The notes under the pieces: model-generated
Told to the model about the DNA's origin: nothing
Seen by the model: the letters and a program-made list of their open reading frames with translations, nothing else
Databases searched by the model: none
Program-made: the position numbers and the translations under genes
Source: an uncultured Clostridia bacterium
GTDB lineage: Bacteria > Bacillota > Clostridia > Christensenellales > UBA1242
DNA length: 42,334 nucleotides
NCBI GenBank assembly: GCA_947303145.1
Contig: CAMYXB010000001.1
Location: 1 to 42,334, forward strand
Direction: 5' to 3'
Shown: positions 40,301-42,334 of the stretch, piece by piece
Layout: each line of letters begins with the position of its first letter
Numbering within the stretch: position 1 is the stretch's first letter

Positions 40301-42334
40301 TCTTGAGTAGAGGTGTCTATATTGCCCAGTTTGCCCTCCTCTCCATAGGTGTTGGCGTCCATGGTGATGAGTCTTAGGTTGCCCTTCCACTCGACAAATT
40401 CAGTCACATCACCACTCACTGTTATCCCCTTGCCGTCTAGAGTAGTGCTAGCATGATGATTGACTCTGGTGAAAAGCTCGTGTGCAGACAAAGATCCTGT
40501 ATCTACTAGAGTGATGACATCGCCCTTGTAGGTGTAGGTGTAGATATAGTTTCCCCCTATCTCCCACTTGACACTCTCACCTGCCAAGTCTTGACCAAAG
40601 TAAATGTAGTCGAATGGAGTGGAGTGGAGAGCGACATCGTCATAGTCTCCTGCGTTTATCTCCACCTTATGCTCACTATACATGGCATAGAGTGTGACGG
40701 CATAATAAATCTCTCCTGTCTCTGCATTGAATGTGGCGCCATCAGCATGTGGTTGAGTGGCATCTCTGAGAGGTTGAACGCCACCATACACTTCTAGAAG
40801 GTCTATAGTCATGTTGGAGCCATAGCCCGCTAGATATTTCATCTCAAGGTCACTTCTAATGGACCAGCCAGCGAAATCAAATGTTCTGCCTGCTCTCCTA
40901 AGGATTAGTCTGCTCTCGTCTAGACCGAACGAAGTGGTGACGATGTTAGAGAACTCGTCTGTGTATGCGACCTCTCCGCCCACTGTGATATTTATGCCAG
41001 TAGTTCTCAAGAAAGATGATGTGAATGTGACACTAGGATTGCTCACTAGGCCATTGACACCGGAGGCAGTATAGAAGAGTTCCTTCACTTCCTCCTCGCT
41101 ATCTAGATATACACCTTGCCCCAAGTCGAGCATAAGTCTATAGCTTACCTCTTCCCACACAGCAGTAAATGTGATGTCGAAGTCGTCTCCTACTATGTAT
41201 CCATAGTCCTTGATAGGCAGAGCCCCTGGGGTGAAGGATTCTGGGCCTATGTATCCTGACACAGAGTAGAACTTGAACACGTCTGCATTGGAATAAATCT
41301 TGCCGTTATAACTCCAACCAGCGAATTTGGTCCAATAATTGTTGTCATAATCGAAAGCAATCATCTCAAAATCGCTGTCTGTGATGCTCTGTGATGCAAA
41401 GTCTAAATCCTCAAGGGCGAGAGAGGAGTCGTATAAATATGTAGCCAAAATATCACTATTGGCTCCGAGAGGATCTGTGAAAGTGACAGAATATTCCTTC
41501 TGCACCCACAGAGGATATAGATAATATATCATATTGTCCGGTGAGTATGTGTCTATGAAGTTGTAGGCATAAGGCTCGGAGTTCACCCCATCGCTGAAGA
41601 AGTATGCCCTAACTCCATTCTGCACTGCACTAGAGGTGAGTGCATATCCACCTGCTGTCTTCTCTATATTGCGAATATCACAAGATGATGACCAGCCTAT
41701 ATGCTCCCAACCAGCCAAAGTAAGCTCTGGACAGAGAGTGAAACTCTCGTCATAATCTACTATCTGTTCCGTCAAATCTGTAAAACCAGAAGTAGGGACC
41801 ACTATTTGTCCAGTGGCATATTCGTCATAAGAGCCTAGAGCCTCTGTCTTGCCTGGACTGAGAGTCTCATATTTCACAATATATGTCAATGGCTCCCAAA
41901 AAACAGCGACATAAAGCTCGAATACTCCAGCGTCCTCGTTGTATATCACTTGATAATCCTGCTCGTATGAGCCAATGGCAATATTTGCTATGTTTTCGAT
42001 AATATTGGAGTAATCATGACTGTCTCTATTGTAATCTACGAAGTAGTCAAATCTAGGTGAATAGCCCACTCTAGTAGGAAGAGGGAATGACTCATCTTCA
42101 AGGTTATAGTTATCCCCTAGTTTGAGACCACTAATGGTCAAAACTTTGCCGTCAAGGGATAAGTTCCCCACAATTTTGCTATTATCAAAATTTATTTTGC
42201 CAGCATTGTAGTCGGATATTACTTTGTCGATATATCTAGTTTGGTTGCTATTGTAGGCATCGGCCTGCGCTTGTGCCTGAGCATAGAGTTCATCTATCTG
42301 TTTTAGATAGACATTTTCCTCATCTGGAACACCA
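13351..42334 (-). CDS. giant multi-cassette beta-helix/repeat surface protein (adhesin-like), 5'-partial, at least 9,660 codons in the window
   Basis: One stop-free frame runs from the TAG at 13351-13353 to the window edge. The 54 codons upstream of the track's GTG start (42171) are also open (GVPDEENVYLKQIDELYAQAQAQADAYNSNQTRYIDKVISDYNAGKINFDNSKIV). There are dozens of FxxN...GGA[IVL]Y repeats, plus Y-x-V-x-F...GY-x-F-x-GW repeats and an LRR block. Confidence 0.9.
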   Translation of the reverse strand, partial: GVPDEENVYLKQIDELYAQAQAQADAYNSNQTRYIDKVISDYNAGKINFDNSKIVGNLSLDGKVLTISGLKLGDNYNLEDESFPLPTRVGYSPRFDYFVDYNRDSHDYSNIIENIANIAIGSYEQDYQVIYNEDAGVFELYVAVFWEPLTYIVKYETLSPGKTEALGSYDEYATGQIVVPTSGFTDLTEQIVDYDESFTLCPELTLAGWEHIGWSSSCDIRNIEKTAGGYALTSSAVQNGVRAYFFSDGVNSEPYAYNFIDTYSPDNMIYYLYPLWVQKEYSVTFTDPLGANSDILATYLYDSSLALEDLDFASQSITDSDFEMIAFDYDNNYWTKFAGWSYNGKIYSNADVFKFYSVSGYIGPESFTPGALPIKDYGYIVGDDFDITFTAVWEEVSYRLMLDLGQGVYLDSEEEVKELFYTASGVNGLVSNPSVTFTSSFLRTTGINITVGGEVAYTDEFSNIVTTSFGLDESRLILRRAGRTFDFAGWSIRSDLEMKYLAGYGSNMTIDLLEVYGGVQPLRDATQPHADGATFNAETGEIYYAVTLYAMYSEHKVEINAGDYDDVALHSTPFDYIYFGQDLAGESVKWEIGGNYIYTYTYKGDVITLVDTGSLSAHELFTRVNHHASTTLDGKGITVSGDVTEFVEWKGNLRLITMDANTYGEEGKLGNIDTSTQDFDTFAKSHTLLDYEGYFGLKEVTLTSSNFDTDKIYYAYSYESIDEYAIDYSSILIRINTLGQISSFPEGTLIFERVDGGVTFVSSYGEEIDDISLVVAEEAGGASFYGWNHNGFNYSVVGATLSVALNNNDIYVLTPNYNTFELIFDLKGGYYNYTYIDEEDGEQTAIVFNLPSLRPEITEVGGDTILRYRLYPLYSDSSALGPNKYGYRFIGWSQDESVQDYDAYSALSDADKDRVIVGYYERSATSSQVDSALTYVIDGSVPVKTLYAIYQPITKSVTYKNSNVETLSGGEMTYGEDFTFLSSIPAGWNVPSGYTFKEWKIDNTQDGVWSTFSAGEKISVNDKDRRLLIEAPDGNGKWKIDSRTGLITYTGSNGEYNRLMDFSNNNAITITPVFEPAKVKVRIYLQNSGSAPESAIDYKDNETKSMVSKAKDSSKNLYYFEFSDDTIVIDSVFTLPITRYIEWRGKNANSYRRLNDSFNPIGDALQGGATWELRTNRGVSQVGGEYVINFMLGFGNAVAQINNFKEFEQDSLGVGYRFVANATPYTKTYGNIQEALDEAVIYAGLSNSKSVTVTICNSNEDVTVASNTTVGQTFVISGITLNIELEGRKYTPVIYKTGGGSLFRVLNNGRVKITGQKAPNSSLKFSTLDGDTNDSPIISVEGGWLNVSGNVSFENISSSSHLGSAIYTLEGTVNLSSVAFRSNRVVSEAEAYGGAVYSRSSTLTISSVVFESNSISSQVNCYGGALAVNSGSLSLSAVSFTNNRATSSAEEGFAGYGGAMYLKRVNLTLSIADFVMSDNTADFGGGMAMVGDGDSSPVAFTFNGMAFCKNNAKKGGGSLYTEFARITFNDCVTAENRSLGDGGALYFDRGSVITVNNLKNRDYKVYYENDVLLDYTDGYDSADGNGGVIFFAGKSISFVNSTLTSGVAKNGGYMYIMGQGSEDLAQVSFTSTIITANVADNGGGVYFASFIGSVSAISAQREVTDKDQDESGNFFINTKIEDVSLWINENVAKKGGGVYYANKTGNLTLSNILILKNNTILPDTARGYYFGQSFLDEVLEGASDYMGGGMYVDATGRTLTLGEDLKISENYSYYGGGIYIASGKVEITSKNLHSIEEKDLSSYRDHPINDKERQECIDANTSYNLDGSVEINYEAVEAWEEEENESYAQYFAAVKARGNDDDFAGKYFNGNYSYQASSIYIAEDAEADLKDVFVMGNSAKKATIINNGEIKLGKVFFHNNKSTYGNYAILNNGHIDIYGGTYFGGNQDIYLSSIYEYLSSKGEDYSEVENGYHYITLSIDEFDNVYPDEIVHLETYDENELFSIGIYYQDRDGITAICTPMVEFATKDGYDFYLDMKNDEENPRNLFKIEHASKYMLMPTETPIDEENTRYTLDLYYRNFDIIFDDLSVDREELSSGREKGIAGTYRVEFAGDISADLDKYEAMSVTRAGYRHMGWVYFSYENEKHITEYARQFEIDEEDGLELTIDAIDNDYESGDYTGRFYFISNLDGLTYPAHDMYFYAVWEPIEYHVSFNFDTIFDSHIDTMNKPYKFLDGSTGNGYYTIDGLVVEREGNILTRINEYFKTGATINGIKTDGYAMTSQVSVVRVYVDYDNNKAKLDLSETAVPYDVVDGKFSAEGITYTIFTTQEDAKQYAYKGDLVNMFMEDIFSKIQLVHYEPVEGSLNNNRQLTITMSNGESYSVLPDMTFKDNDGVEYNVGYSFVYNDDGTLKMENGAPKRLYKAYTVVYDESEVEILQGTTENINELRIGEDTLSQKTGEETNYIINTPNGIEAHYNGGIYYVKHLFVPDNYQFMKYKINARPAFIDSGTHNIDEDFTLDRDNRDLQGDEIEVTFYYVRKGVNVILHYNPTELKEGESDRQIKVVLSQGDSLTLPSKDNVVMYNDESFFVYNYNTYGQTPGILLGFSTKKGVSADEFTGKSFDEKGYYSEEEHGVYYYYYRQGSVMTDVKALDDENLELYAVWDTQGIVAYLEKAVSTLASSYNLYFKSVEDAFDEVDARTLASYKVVVIDDAEDGTSVTKNITVNKSVTIKGQGDDRKLVFSSTITIKSGATLNIDSTNNFVWTSTKDISSPIIIVESGATLNTSSKVIFSGVITSSGVAVIEVNGTANINGGYSYKTTDAQSGTFSSIHSGKGVIYVARSGVLNLSGVYFESNESTSNGGAIYIDGGVVSIEDCLFSNNKADKEGDSSAHLGGAIYATSASRLTLGTVKFTENYATDGGAIYASNAININSGKSILFSKNTASNRGGAIYTSGTLTLSTNVEFVGNKANNQGGAIYSASSLYVWAGYFKGNIQDNDDASQPEIYGGGAIYAMGQLTINSRGNTYSDVFGSNEAVQFITFNGNIAYRGGAIFASSATASIENVTLINNNKDTKTNYYGGALYINASQVNIINEEDNENLEIKNNGKEGVQISFGGFAFVDNGTLTINNSTITDNFGNSGGGIYAEDNAKIILNNSHVNGNSAVKGGGVYLVRGALLFMSEGSTISENIGLQGVGGVNFESSVANTLSFGKILNNEGASGTASNIFVANNSTITLSGVDMDERVCDDNGEKVPTEDMFSNMPSILVDNTGSLSVIDTIVSGTIKVAGRQSDSYGKLFISGTAYIEGLSLEHHSYVKSSSLNSEELVDGKIIIDIDLDNIPSLRKKLEEEGKHNVIEFSDQNSFMRYSRCFSLNNNDNNRDLAVYCLVRSKDGYFLSLQPSADNIIIHGNGGQLFLDGRAITGEYGEPLEIIKDGEPMLDVRGHALRGVYIKEKTLSEVLSGITGDRFGYSLMERYAYYNESGELSSWYTTDSEKSNEVITIYAQWKAENYDCYLIVDGSEMSAGYLSAESGVTLTVASDIKPYYEVDKWVAKYKNEDDEYVAFEGIEEISNGTIFTLRDLVNASSVIRENNIKKIYFEATFKLETVSVEVKIPSSVDATFIEGLSSDTTYTVEGKGEYRKLITVNAITKTYTETFSRAEGVVSFHHFRNIFNYPEHILTGLMTTGSVIYDQANPMIDLTKIQRGKSISLTASFGVAVAYIYREIDGNPITIDYTDIYSAVSDLRAGDSLYLVKRDIVLDRTLTLSYDVTILPTGDNITLKRADGFSGEGKYLIDILSSVTFDNNATSTLTIDGNNVTSYAGSLHVAKTGSVTLNSCVTIRNNHSIMTSTSSSVGGGVYSEGVLNINGATFDSNWAVSGGAIYATGSVSILGESKFENNKAKYGAVIYATGNAVITANLDDGLFKDNEAIYGGAIYYASNRESSFSGITFESNVAGGSGYGGAIYLEKNCKAVTISSCSFKTNSATFGGAIYVGGLSSSSYAVLSASDGCQFEGNSATSGGAIYVSNEGSLQQISLSGSMFTSNTASQEGGAITIKAGRLVLDATQFSLNTAPIGSSMSISSDSEQKRATVMINGGEFGSDGNRGTISLDRLSTLSIGGSVDMLDRIVLGEGAFVTISSAITSSVKMVIVPSSYPASGEEVRVATFANGQTPVDSYFDVEEDKQDDYRMKVSTQNIVITEAIYSLNLHFEGGVPSGTVSGDEIDDGVVLSVKYKTDIIPLISGITLTQESRDFRGWYYIFEGNEIDLPSTLAMPRSDVDIYARWSNLYYYLYADINDTASISSSSASTIEVEGVERIGQFLKVKVYVEQYEGDVMTTHNGADALSLIYSALDGREGYTFSGFDLSQTGSVTYNSEGKDKDGDYFAMTESDVIVYVIWKANTFTIEFNANSSTATGDIEPVVVNYDEYFTLPYDTFSAIGYTQDGWNTQANGQGTAYEIGDRIYNLSSTDGDTITLYGEWRANTYTVIFDSNLTGEIVSGNIEPITLSYGETRVLTGERFSTNGYTQERWNTQKDGQGSSFALNGEIVNLTSTDGAVVVLYAQYRVNSFVVTIHNAGSISPTQVNYKGTFSLDSHDMTGFTVPSYSHLIGFSSNAQDVIDKNVEFEDGSEIIILDNTDLYAIFDLNYIRIFKDDTLKEYADVHVSQNGDGIASVSQSELNTFAGLGYRVGSIKMLTALSPLTYGEEKTFSGDSISVNLRNGNQYAIMQINSKTYTLTFLTSPQTSKSVVFGDTFEVNRMESVDFQGWSFAREGATVRELDVPADTTSLVLDSALLEKASGYQSLSSDIVFFYPVLSATFVITYNKNTTHNVIGGFVSSSEEQSIHSQYSVLSNIEIADSTSATSVNRNHLFAYLVGWSLTPNGEIFLTAGEKVGEGCEHVLVGSVTLYAVWAYYTNPFIFSYSSDYKAITGLNNNALSFFTGEGEHLTLPRHAILPDGSMGPDIESVSFSDNPLNDSIASIDFSLMAEGLTLEDMALYHLDHLTMVNLDVSGLTLGYGSLSGGALTSVILTEDGIYKIEDGIIYEGGNLHTYLEALSSSDVCDLTSFAGEILPLAFLGVTLDDLIVGDSVSYIRDGAFYGLASPSIHLPFIGHTAGDASNLRVLYTFDDTTLMNSLKKVYLSSTEIASGAFEDCTDIEAVITSGDITTVGADAFKGATGLRILGADETKFDLSHVTSIGDRAFKNCASIPSEEVRVGHLVDSDTLVTIGVDAFRSSSLTFVSLPRRVDVKKDAFKDSSVSSARLYSINAFDEVLLSGHVAKRGRGDSVIYTNVDLYRTILNGGKTYSKYLEYELAVEDIIEVYDYVDGEYIRGDNYSSLEDAVTDSAPYALILVKWDMYVYRTLELTKEVTIVGATDTNGATPASEINIYRGDGFDGVMFNVSGNNVQFGKKALSLAEVRLVPLNIVGDTSSTASSAFLVDSSTKQGAKLTLEGNFDSSFSPSGTSMLNIYNHKANNGPVADIVNGSVVVDGAKIYGNTAMDKGGAFYLDSNASLYVYKAEIRDNFAVKGGTIYASSNSAVYMTAQSLGDIVITGNTATNGGAIYIDSTIEDERYASSLDNVSISSNTARENGGAIYVNRGMLVIASGEICGNTATSFGGGVYSEGALVLHGAVIGTEAEPNTAKYGGGVAIKGNGRLLSSDDSIISYNLASQGGGVYIDSTADMVVGQSRVSDTAISSNNTISAISSSDYLGGGLYVRSGSVLLSEGCDISSNYAYYGGGVYVTGGLLTLASGGKICDNHAYSGAGVMAVRLTSALFGTVRIGGEVSGCVALESGGGMVVSGGKAVLLSGANISSNSAKYGAGVYMTGASTLESNAVSTNPSIIDGNTASKNGAGIYVNSNKDMSISLKNVEIKENTAIEYGGGLFVTASKASDKALFKTSQGFKIDGNSALRGAGVYLDSLARLSLGYAMITANFNTDNCAGDNVYISSKATFSISSGTISRDESRAYASIYLGNTADKALIVDNDVNLDSVYLATGTKVFISALSYGTSVSSKIAIELEEELKDGERILVALYDNEQVANPTRFSATSKVFTKEGEKVFMTNSTCYVTDSESNTFYYASIKDAIEQYEDNGSLYTIHITKDQVISSSSMIVVPTGKSVTLVSEDDASIIRDENYAGVMIAVFGSLNINDDSNTATFNIYGGEKDTYKDRGTAPIIVIAGKGSVNLFKGVCLSYNKTSISSYIEITDPKDYSTVVYPTGFNGGGAVYVASKDSTGLTIIGATLTDLSATYGGAVYVAEKSSFTIQSGSLTHNLATYGGAVFVESGTMNIQDVNDVVDISDNEALLGGAVYVSGSGSIVLSDSTSNTTFARNIGNENGGAIFFSSSSTTSRINGVAFTSSTATYYGGTIYVSQGRLSLEAVDITSSYAPYGGAIAVVETGSISISGASNISSCGEGPIALTQYGGAIFYASSQRSTITGSGENSPSIESNKASFGGGIYLSSGSMLIEKATFTSNIAQNKGGALYMNGVSVEIRASVLSSNRSILGGAIYAESAKLSIYAGEISGNIATLYTYLDKENYYGETDERLATDHEEGKGSGGGVYMLGGELTIASTTSDGSPTISGNKSYSSGAGLYLFGTVGTISNAEIRNNEMAYGIHYVVEHKKDDTGEVICSVLIYRTGAGLFVSGETESTGSQLSIYNGTVEGNVIKCGDEKYRDGFNMYLKYGYVLLGGEPTFSQGEDKSLAGIWLDYNYEAMYSYKGGLASRGLIFKCKIDYITDLVKLSYKETTAFAVAAQNVENEALVSSDGGVVRFKVVFSDTDLSQVEKEKKDYGDKVVSLNCTLSTLKAIYKYMFDLPLSSGQTLKAGSSDTQPTHLVISQQYFQELDAKGDLVAVYETLADALLKASNNSIILINMLEQTKENEDNYYKYFEPKNGILSITETLYTFNAQPGLDRSLNTDKMNGVRITLLARTITNSTTRKNTFSLYNVPIRDNIHDDIYRDGTIIERGIDVMSGTQFSGDLFRIGEKDTLVFGYPSDMDPIVKQKIQNEYFTGNYVDGMGTDYVNLNPILQLRNSNFSLQSLDAKYPESTTGVAIKVERGGTVVFGSSFELSNSNIEVGSTYMSHVTLTDGATAKIQGGVYHDNMASKVSSLVFAPSGSNVEITGGRFIGIANASFNKGSVIYSSGAKVSVRGAYFENNYVGEIRATGVNGYVGVNGAVIYAGEGSSLTLGSKNIFQNNYTKGDGGVIYMIDSSLAITGENTFSQNGALGNGGAIYSSATLGMTIGESGATYSVSFIENFAMNGGAMYILEGLESATLSPASVSIYHATFSSNISGVGDKINSSGGGLGGAIYARSYRAENADGDYDYYLDLSLTDVTITDGVAQAVYNMVEESRDFASSYYYVWNTLTGTYDRASTYDADTEYYVVRQGYVYEVASNVTNDMILESTLYVKKMGEGFEPYYEPVYKFQGSGNYYLGSSLTPKSIRSEEEFLKYVYSVRVGSISEYEYCVARAVARAEEWDSSVTYYKLASSQPSYVNVGKIDAEDFVKDQYYIYDNDSKTYEQSTDTSLLNRYVKQGGQGAGIFASGIKLTIGGESAITSNTSSSHGGAIYSTTSLVTISQGNILGNQVLSGNGGAVFLDENSTLNLGDSVNDERVKMSNNIADEGGAIYTTLKYVAPNYISTSVNILSVTMSGNISTLDGGKSSGIYVNSYGNGFALVSTIKADEKPEDKALSSALHIQDNVYLIDYYTPNGSMLNSYIFVNGRYNTALNDKPINLKLDYAFNACYTIIAKYDHRIADRFADDRLFCGIDANGNEYAFVLDYKDSLTSDDGTAHYDVIIGMRKVAKIFYNSSDNKEFIRYYITLEKALSSLSADYANGYRHIDVVLLENINLASEYEAIDGLAQITGSGEEEFVVNLTSGSFNLSQEYINRVSLETQDSKWRQIAVTARSYDGLQMQARLELNSANTSLYIYNVKFDNGSYSSTSPLITVKAGHLFLGKGDGAANQVSFSNISGNISGNVNGSIVYVDGGDTTIKNTTIENTCTASNGLVYVKAGKLETVSNVSITGTVTRGAIYIDGGQTVLNGITISGVTATGDGSAIAIVRGSLTIGKSVNISGNSTTPANGGAIYLGDATLTFTEDSDATFTGNNARDGGALYLAGSSAVKIPSGVKVTGNTASENAGGIFVGSGMTATIHATISGNKADCGGGVYSEGNTTLSSDAEVSGNYATKGAGVYVESGSLNINDEAQISSNGTATIEGEDKVTALGGGVYVATSATLDMQGGAIYGNIANNGGGVYSLDGEIVIGEGAIIGEDKSTTADDENHSNSATNGGGIYANGGNVDISGTISYNYATNGGGVYLEAVSSFSLSGTLTHNSATNGGALCVAKNSDISISNGTIESNSATNGGGMYVVESKGTTFGSVAFTSNEATDGGAIYVAQDAKVNIEGGEFTGNTAENGGAVFSKGSELNISGNIGDGESEEVATADAYSNSAKNGGGVYAIAGKVNITGNVSHNYASENGGGVYIAESAILDMAGGTLSYNSATLNGGGLFSNAESQGENNSVILRANGNKPTNIANNSSANGGGVYFDNPDAKTGLNVKLENVTISKNIANAAVENGVVSADGNGGGMYINARKIIFMIVTVEGNSVNNGEGVYNTGDNPYVGGGGGIYIKCGNVCYNADSSSNSGFSSDTTITGNKALNGAGLYVDIGDAVTETLSITQKAKIMSNEAVSNEGEKTQYGNGGGVYIASGILSLEGSGAQIGGKDEKENPKGNKAINGGGIFVAEGGTLNMSNAEVSYNESVGDREAGTDVANPNQVGGGGIYVDGGTINLGNYAKIENNIAKNANGGGLYIKNLKTNAEFKGNNDSSVVNARIIGNYALVGGGLYYNVQDAPDTPEDEKINLIITSFAFKDNYVGGGSPKGGAIAVEHGTITLMGVTKISHNGGVQDFKRYKKVINDSTQLTSDYGFGGGIAILQNDAIVNIGSSDEDDSSKSVISENMALNGAGVYVASGVLNFTAGEISSNTAGGKGGGVYLDLAAQIGGVTFTQGKSAKIIGNSATYGGGLAVGSISDVDLKGLDIDLSGTINCNNAKYGGGVYLSELHFADNSGVLSINLGEVTGTYSEEFDGKDGDNPHSLRGDCVYMSNCKNLSIAGALNNGRTSSPKLSDLGGAMFIDSSPYIELNNLTISNGRASYGAGCYIVDSTVIFNNGFIEGSFATEYGGGVYFGQSSTFKVNAGANITGNFAAKSGGGVYVNESTLVLTGGYITRNSTAGFGGAVYGSENSTITLNSGVIEDNEIVNSENVSSDYSYALSNGYYVARDYNNYLAKTPSKPDKVHFCLTPGIYSLGKVNIDVNGDIIQNNHVLEIRQSFDSLKGDEKVKIDDKEYNVYGLAIRAREFVLADDDIAGMLVEGDLWIGGMITTYNVKGNGQIDTRGGFDTGWLTNISGRSIGFTCEYVNRYSLDYLHFWYKTHRVVVWPGEATVDWGWPLRKIGAWLNETFPVYFTKPIYSTIRSITCDLGNTADYMISMYKGRDEFYAVENGSDMKGTSGNLQSRRDGKLLGKLFPNEIRNHANQEPGFSVWCVREYINSDGRPTKIKFNKEGGTYFANACMTAESWENYYSIYFGPGTKGGHCDSQWWSLIVAGKPTKDDLRDMKWYERLAARLLLSKVLSWILGNIPDKVNYIYQLTREYRFIQ
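13354..14600 (-). other. non-repetitive C-terminal domain of the giant protein (~415 aa), unassigned
   Basis: GGAxY periodicity stops abruptly. The sequence is Trp/Tyr-rich with scattered Cys and His (WYKTHRVVVWPGEATVDWGWPLRKIGAW, GGTYFANACMTAESWENYY, GTKGGHCDSQWWSLIVAG). There is no LPXTG motif and no clear terminal TM helix. Confidence 0.6.
14600..18480 (-). repeat. beta-helix cassette 7 (the longest, ~1,290 aa)
   Basis: A very regular ~22-25-aa periodicity: SNSATNGGGIYA, YNYATNGGGVYL, HNSATNGGALCV, SNSATNGGGMYV, SNEATDGGAIYV, GNTAENGGAVFS, and further to RNSTAGFGGAVYG at about 14610. Confidence 0.85.
19300..21180 (-). repeat. beta-helix cassette 6 (interrupted by a Tyr-rich insert at about 19745-20300)
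   Basis: Examples: FQNNYTKGDGGVIYM, FSQNGALGNGGAIYS, ENFAMNGGAMYI, then the insert, then SNTSSSHGGAIYS, VLSGNGGAVFL, NNIADEGGAIYT. Confidence 0.8.
22250..23900 (-). repeat. beta-helix cassette 5
   Basis: Examples: LSATYGGAVYV, HNLATYGGAVFV, DNEALLGGAVYV, RNIGNENGGAIFF, SSYAPYGGAIAV, SNKASFGGGIYL, SNIAQNKGGALYM. Confidence 0.85.
24330..26240 (-). repeat. beta-helix cassette 4
   Basis: Examples: GNTAMDKGGAFYL, GNTATNGGAIYI, SNTARENGGAIYV, GNTATSFGGGVYS, SNYAYYGGGVYV, SNSAKYGAGVYM, GNTASKNGAGIYV. Confidence 0.85.
26520..27600 (-). repeat. BspA-type leucine-rich repeat (LRR_5-like) block
   Basis: Recurrent units of the form x-I-x-x-x-AF-x-x-C/S: VSYIRDGAFYGL, TEIASGAFEDCTDIEAV, TTVGADAFKGATGLRIL, VTSIGDRAFKNCASIPS, VTIGVDAFRSSSLTFVSL, VKKDAFKDSSV. 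Confidence 0.7.
28650..29146 (-). repeat. two tandem ~82-aa Listeria-Bacteroides (Flg_new-type) repeats
   Basis: ANTFTIEFNANS...IGYTQDGWNTQANGQGTAYEIGDRIYNLSSTDGDTITLYGEWR is directly followed by ANTYTVIFDSNL...NGYTQERWNTQKDGQGSSFALNGEIVNLTSTDGAVVVLYAQYR. Confidence 0.85.
29900..31060 (-). repeat. beta-helix cassette 3
   Basis: Examples: VGGGVYSEG, ATFDSNWAVSGGAIYA, FKDNEAIYGGAIYY, ITFESNVAGGSGYGGAIYL, CSFKTNSATFGGAIYV, CQFEGNSATSGGAIYV. Confidence 0.85.
32620..34170 (-). repeat. beta-helix cassette 2
   Basis: Examples: VYFESNESTSNGGAIYI, CLFSNNKADK...LGGAIYA, VKFTENYATDGGAIYA, ILFSKNTASNRGGAIYT, VEFVGNKANNQGGAIYS. Confidence 0.85.
36960..38480 (-). repeat. beta-helix cassette 1 (Pmp-type FxxN/GGAxY repeats)
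   Basis: Examples: VAFRSNRVVSEAEAYGGAVYS, VVFESNSISSQVNCYGGALAV, VSFTNNRATS...YGGAMYL, and further to YYGGGIYIASG. Confidence 0.8.
38700..42171 (-). repeat. N-proximal region of Listeria-Bacteroides (Flg_new-type) like repeats in the giant protein
   Basis: Recurrent strand-rich units end in aromatic-GW motifs (LAGWEHIGW, FAGWSYNG, FAGWSIRS, FYGWNHNG, FIGWSQDE, FKEWKIDN), followed by LYA/LYP-type closing strands. Confidence 0.55.

Noticed and set aside
13717-41074. Dozens of plus-strand ORFs (60-148 aa) inside the giant gene, many with recurring YTPPP, YMPPP or YIAPP motifs (for example 14633..14851, 16514..16909, 17873..18214, 24644..25057, 25346..25708, 29894..30340).
   Set aside because: They are the antisense mirror of the GGGVY, GGGMY and GGAIY codons of the minus-strand repeats. 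They lack RBSs and are explained entirely by the 29-kb ORF on the opposite strand.

Overview
This 42.3-kb window comes from a low-GC bacterium that uses the standard genetic code. Gene content looks monoderm (Bacillota- or Mycoplasmatota-like), but the taxon cannot be fixed from the sequence alone. From left to right there are five parts. (1) The 5' ~1.4 kb of a 23S rRNA gene lies on the minus strand, with no 16S, tRNA or 5S upstream of it. (2) An AT-rich plus-strand module encodes an HDIG-type phosphohydrolase flanked by two small proteins that are paralogs of each other, followed by a TVP38/TMEM64-family membrane protein. (3) A nine-gene, tightly coupled minus-strand type IV pilus operon runs major pilin, an unusual membrane/acidic-linker protein, minor pilins, an unassigned protein, then prepilin peptidase, PilC and PilB. 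(4) A solitary recR follows. (5) One uninterrupted minus-strand ORF fills about 68% of the window (13351..42334, at least 9,660 codons) and is still open at the window edge, so its N-terminus lies outside. The giant protein is built from seven beta-helix cassettes with FxxN...GGA[IVL]Y (Pmp-type) repeats. Each cassette is preceded by a similar cap motif. The cassettes are interleaved with Listeria-Bacteroides (Flg_new-type) repeats and one BspA-type LRR block. The protein ends in a ~415-aa non-repetitive domain I cannot assign. Main candidates for novelty are the giant cassette protein and its C-terminal domain, the HDIG plus duplicated-small-protein module, and the odd membrane protein inside the pilus operon. 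All functional calls rest on motif recognition by eye. No database search was possible.
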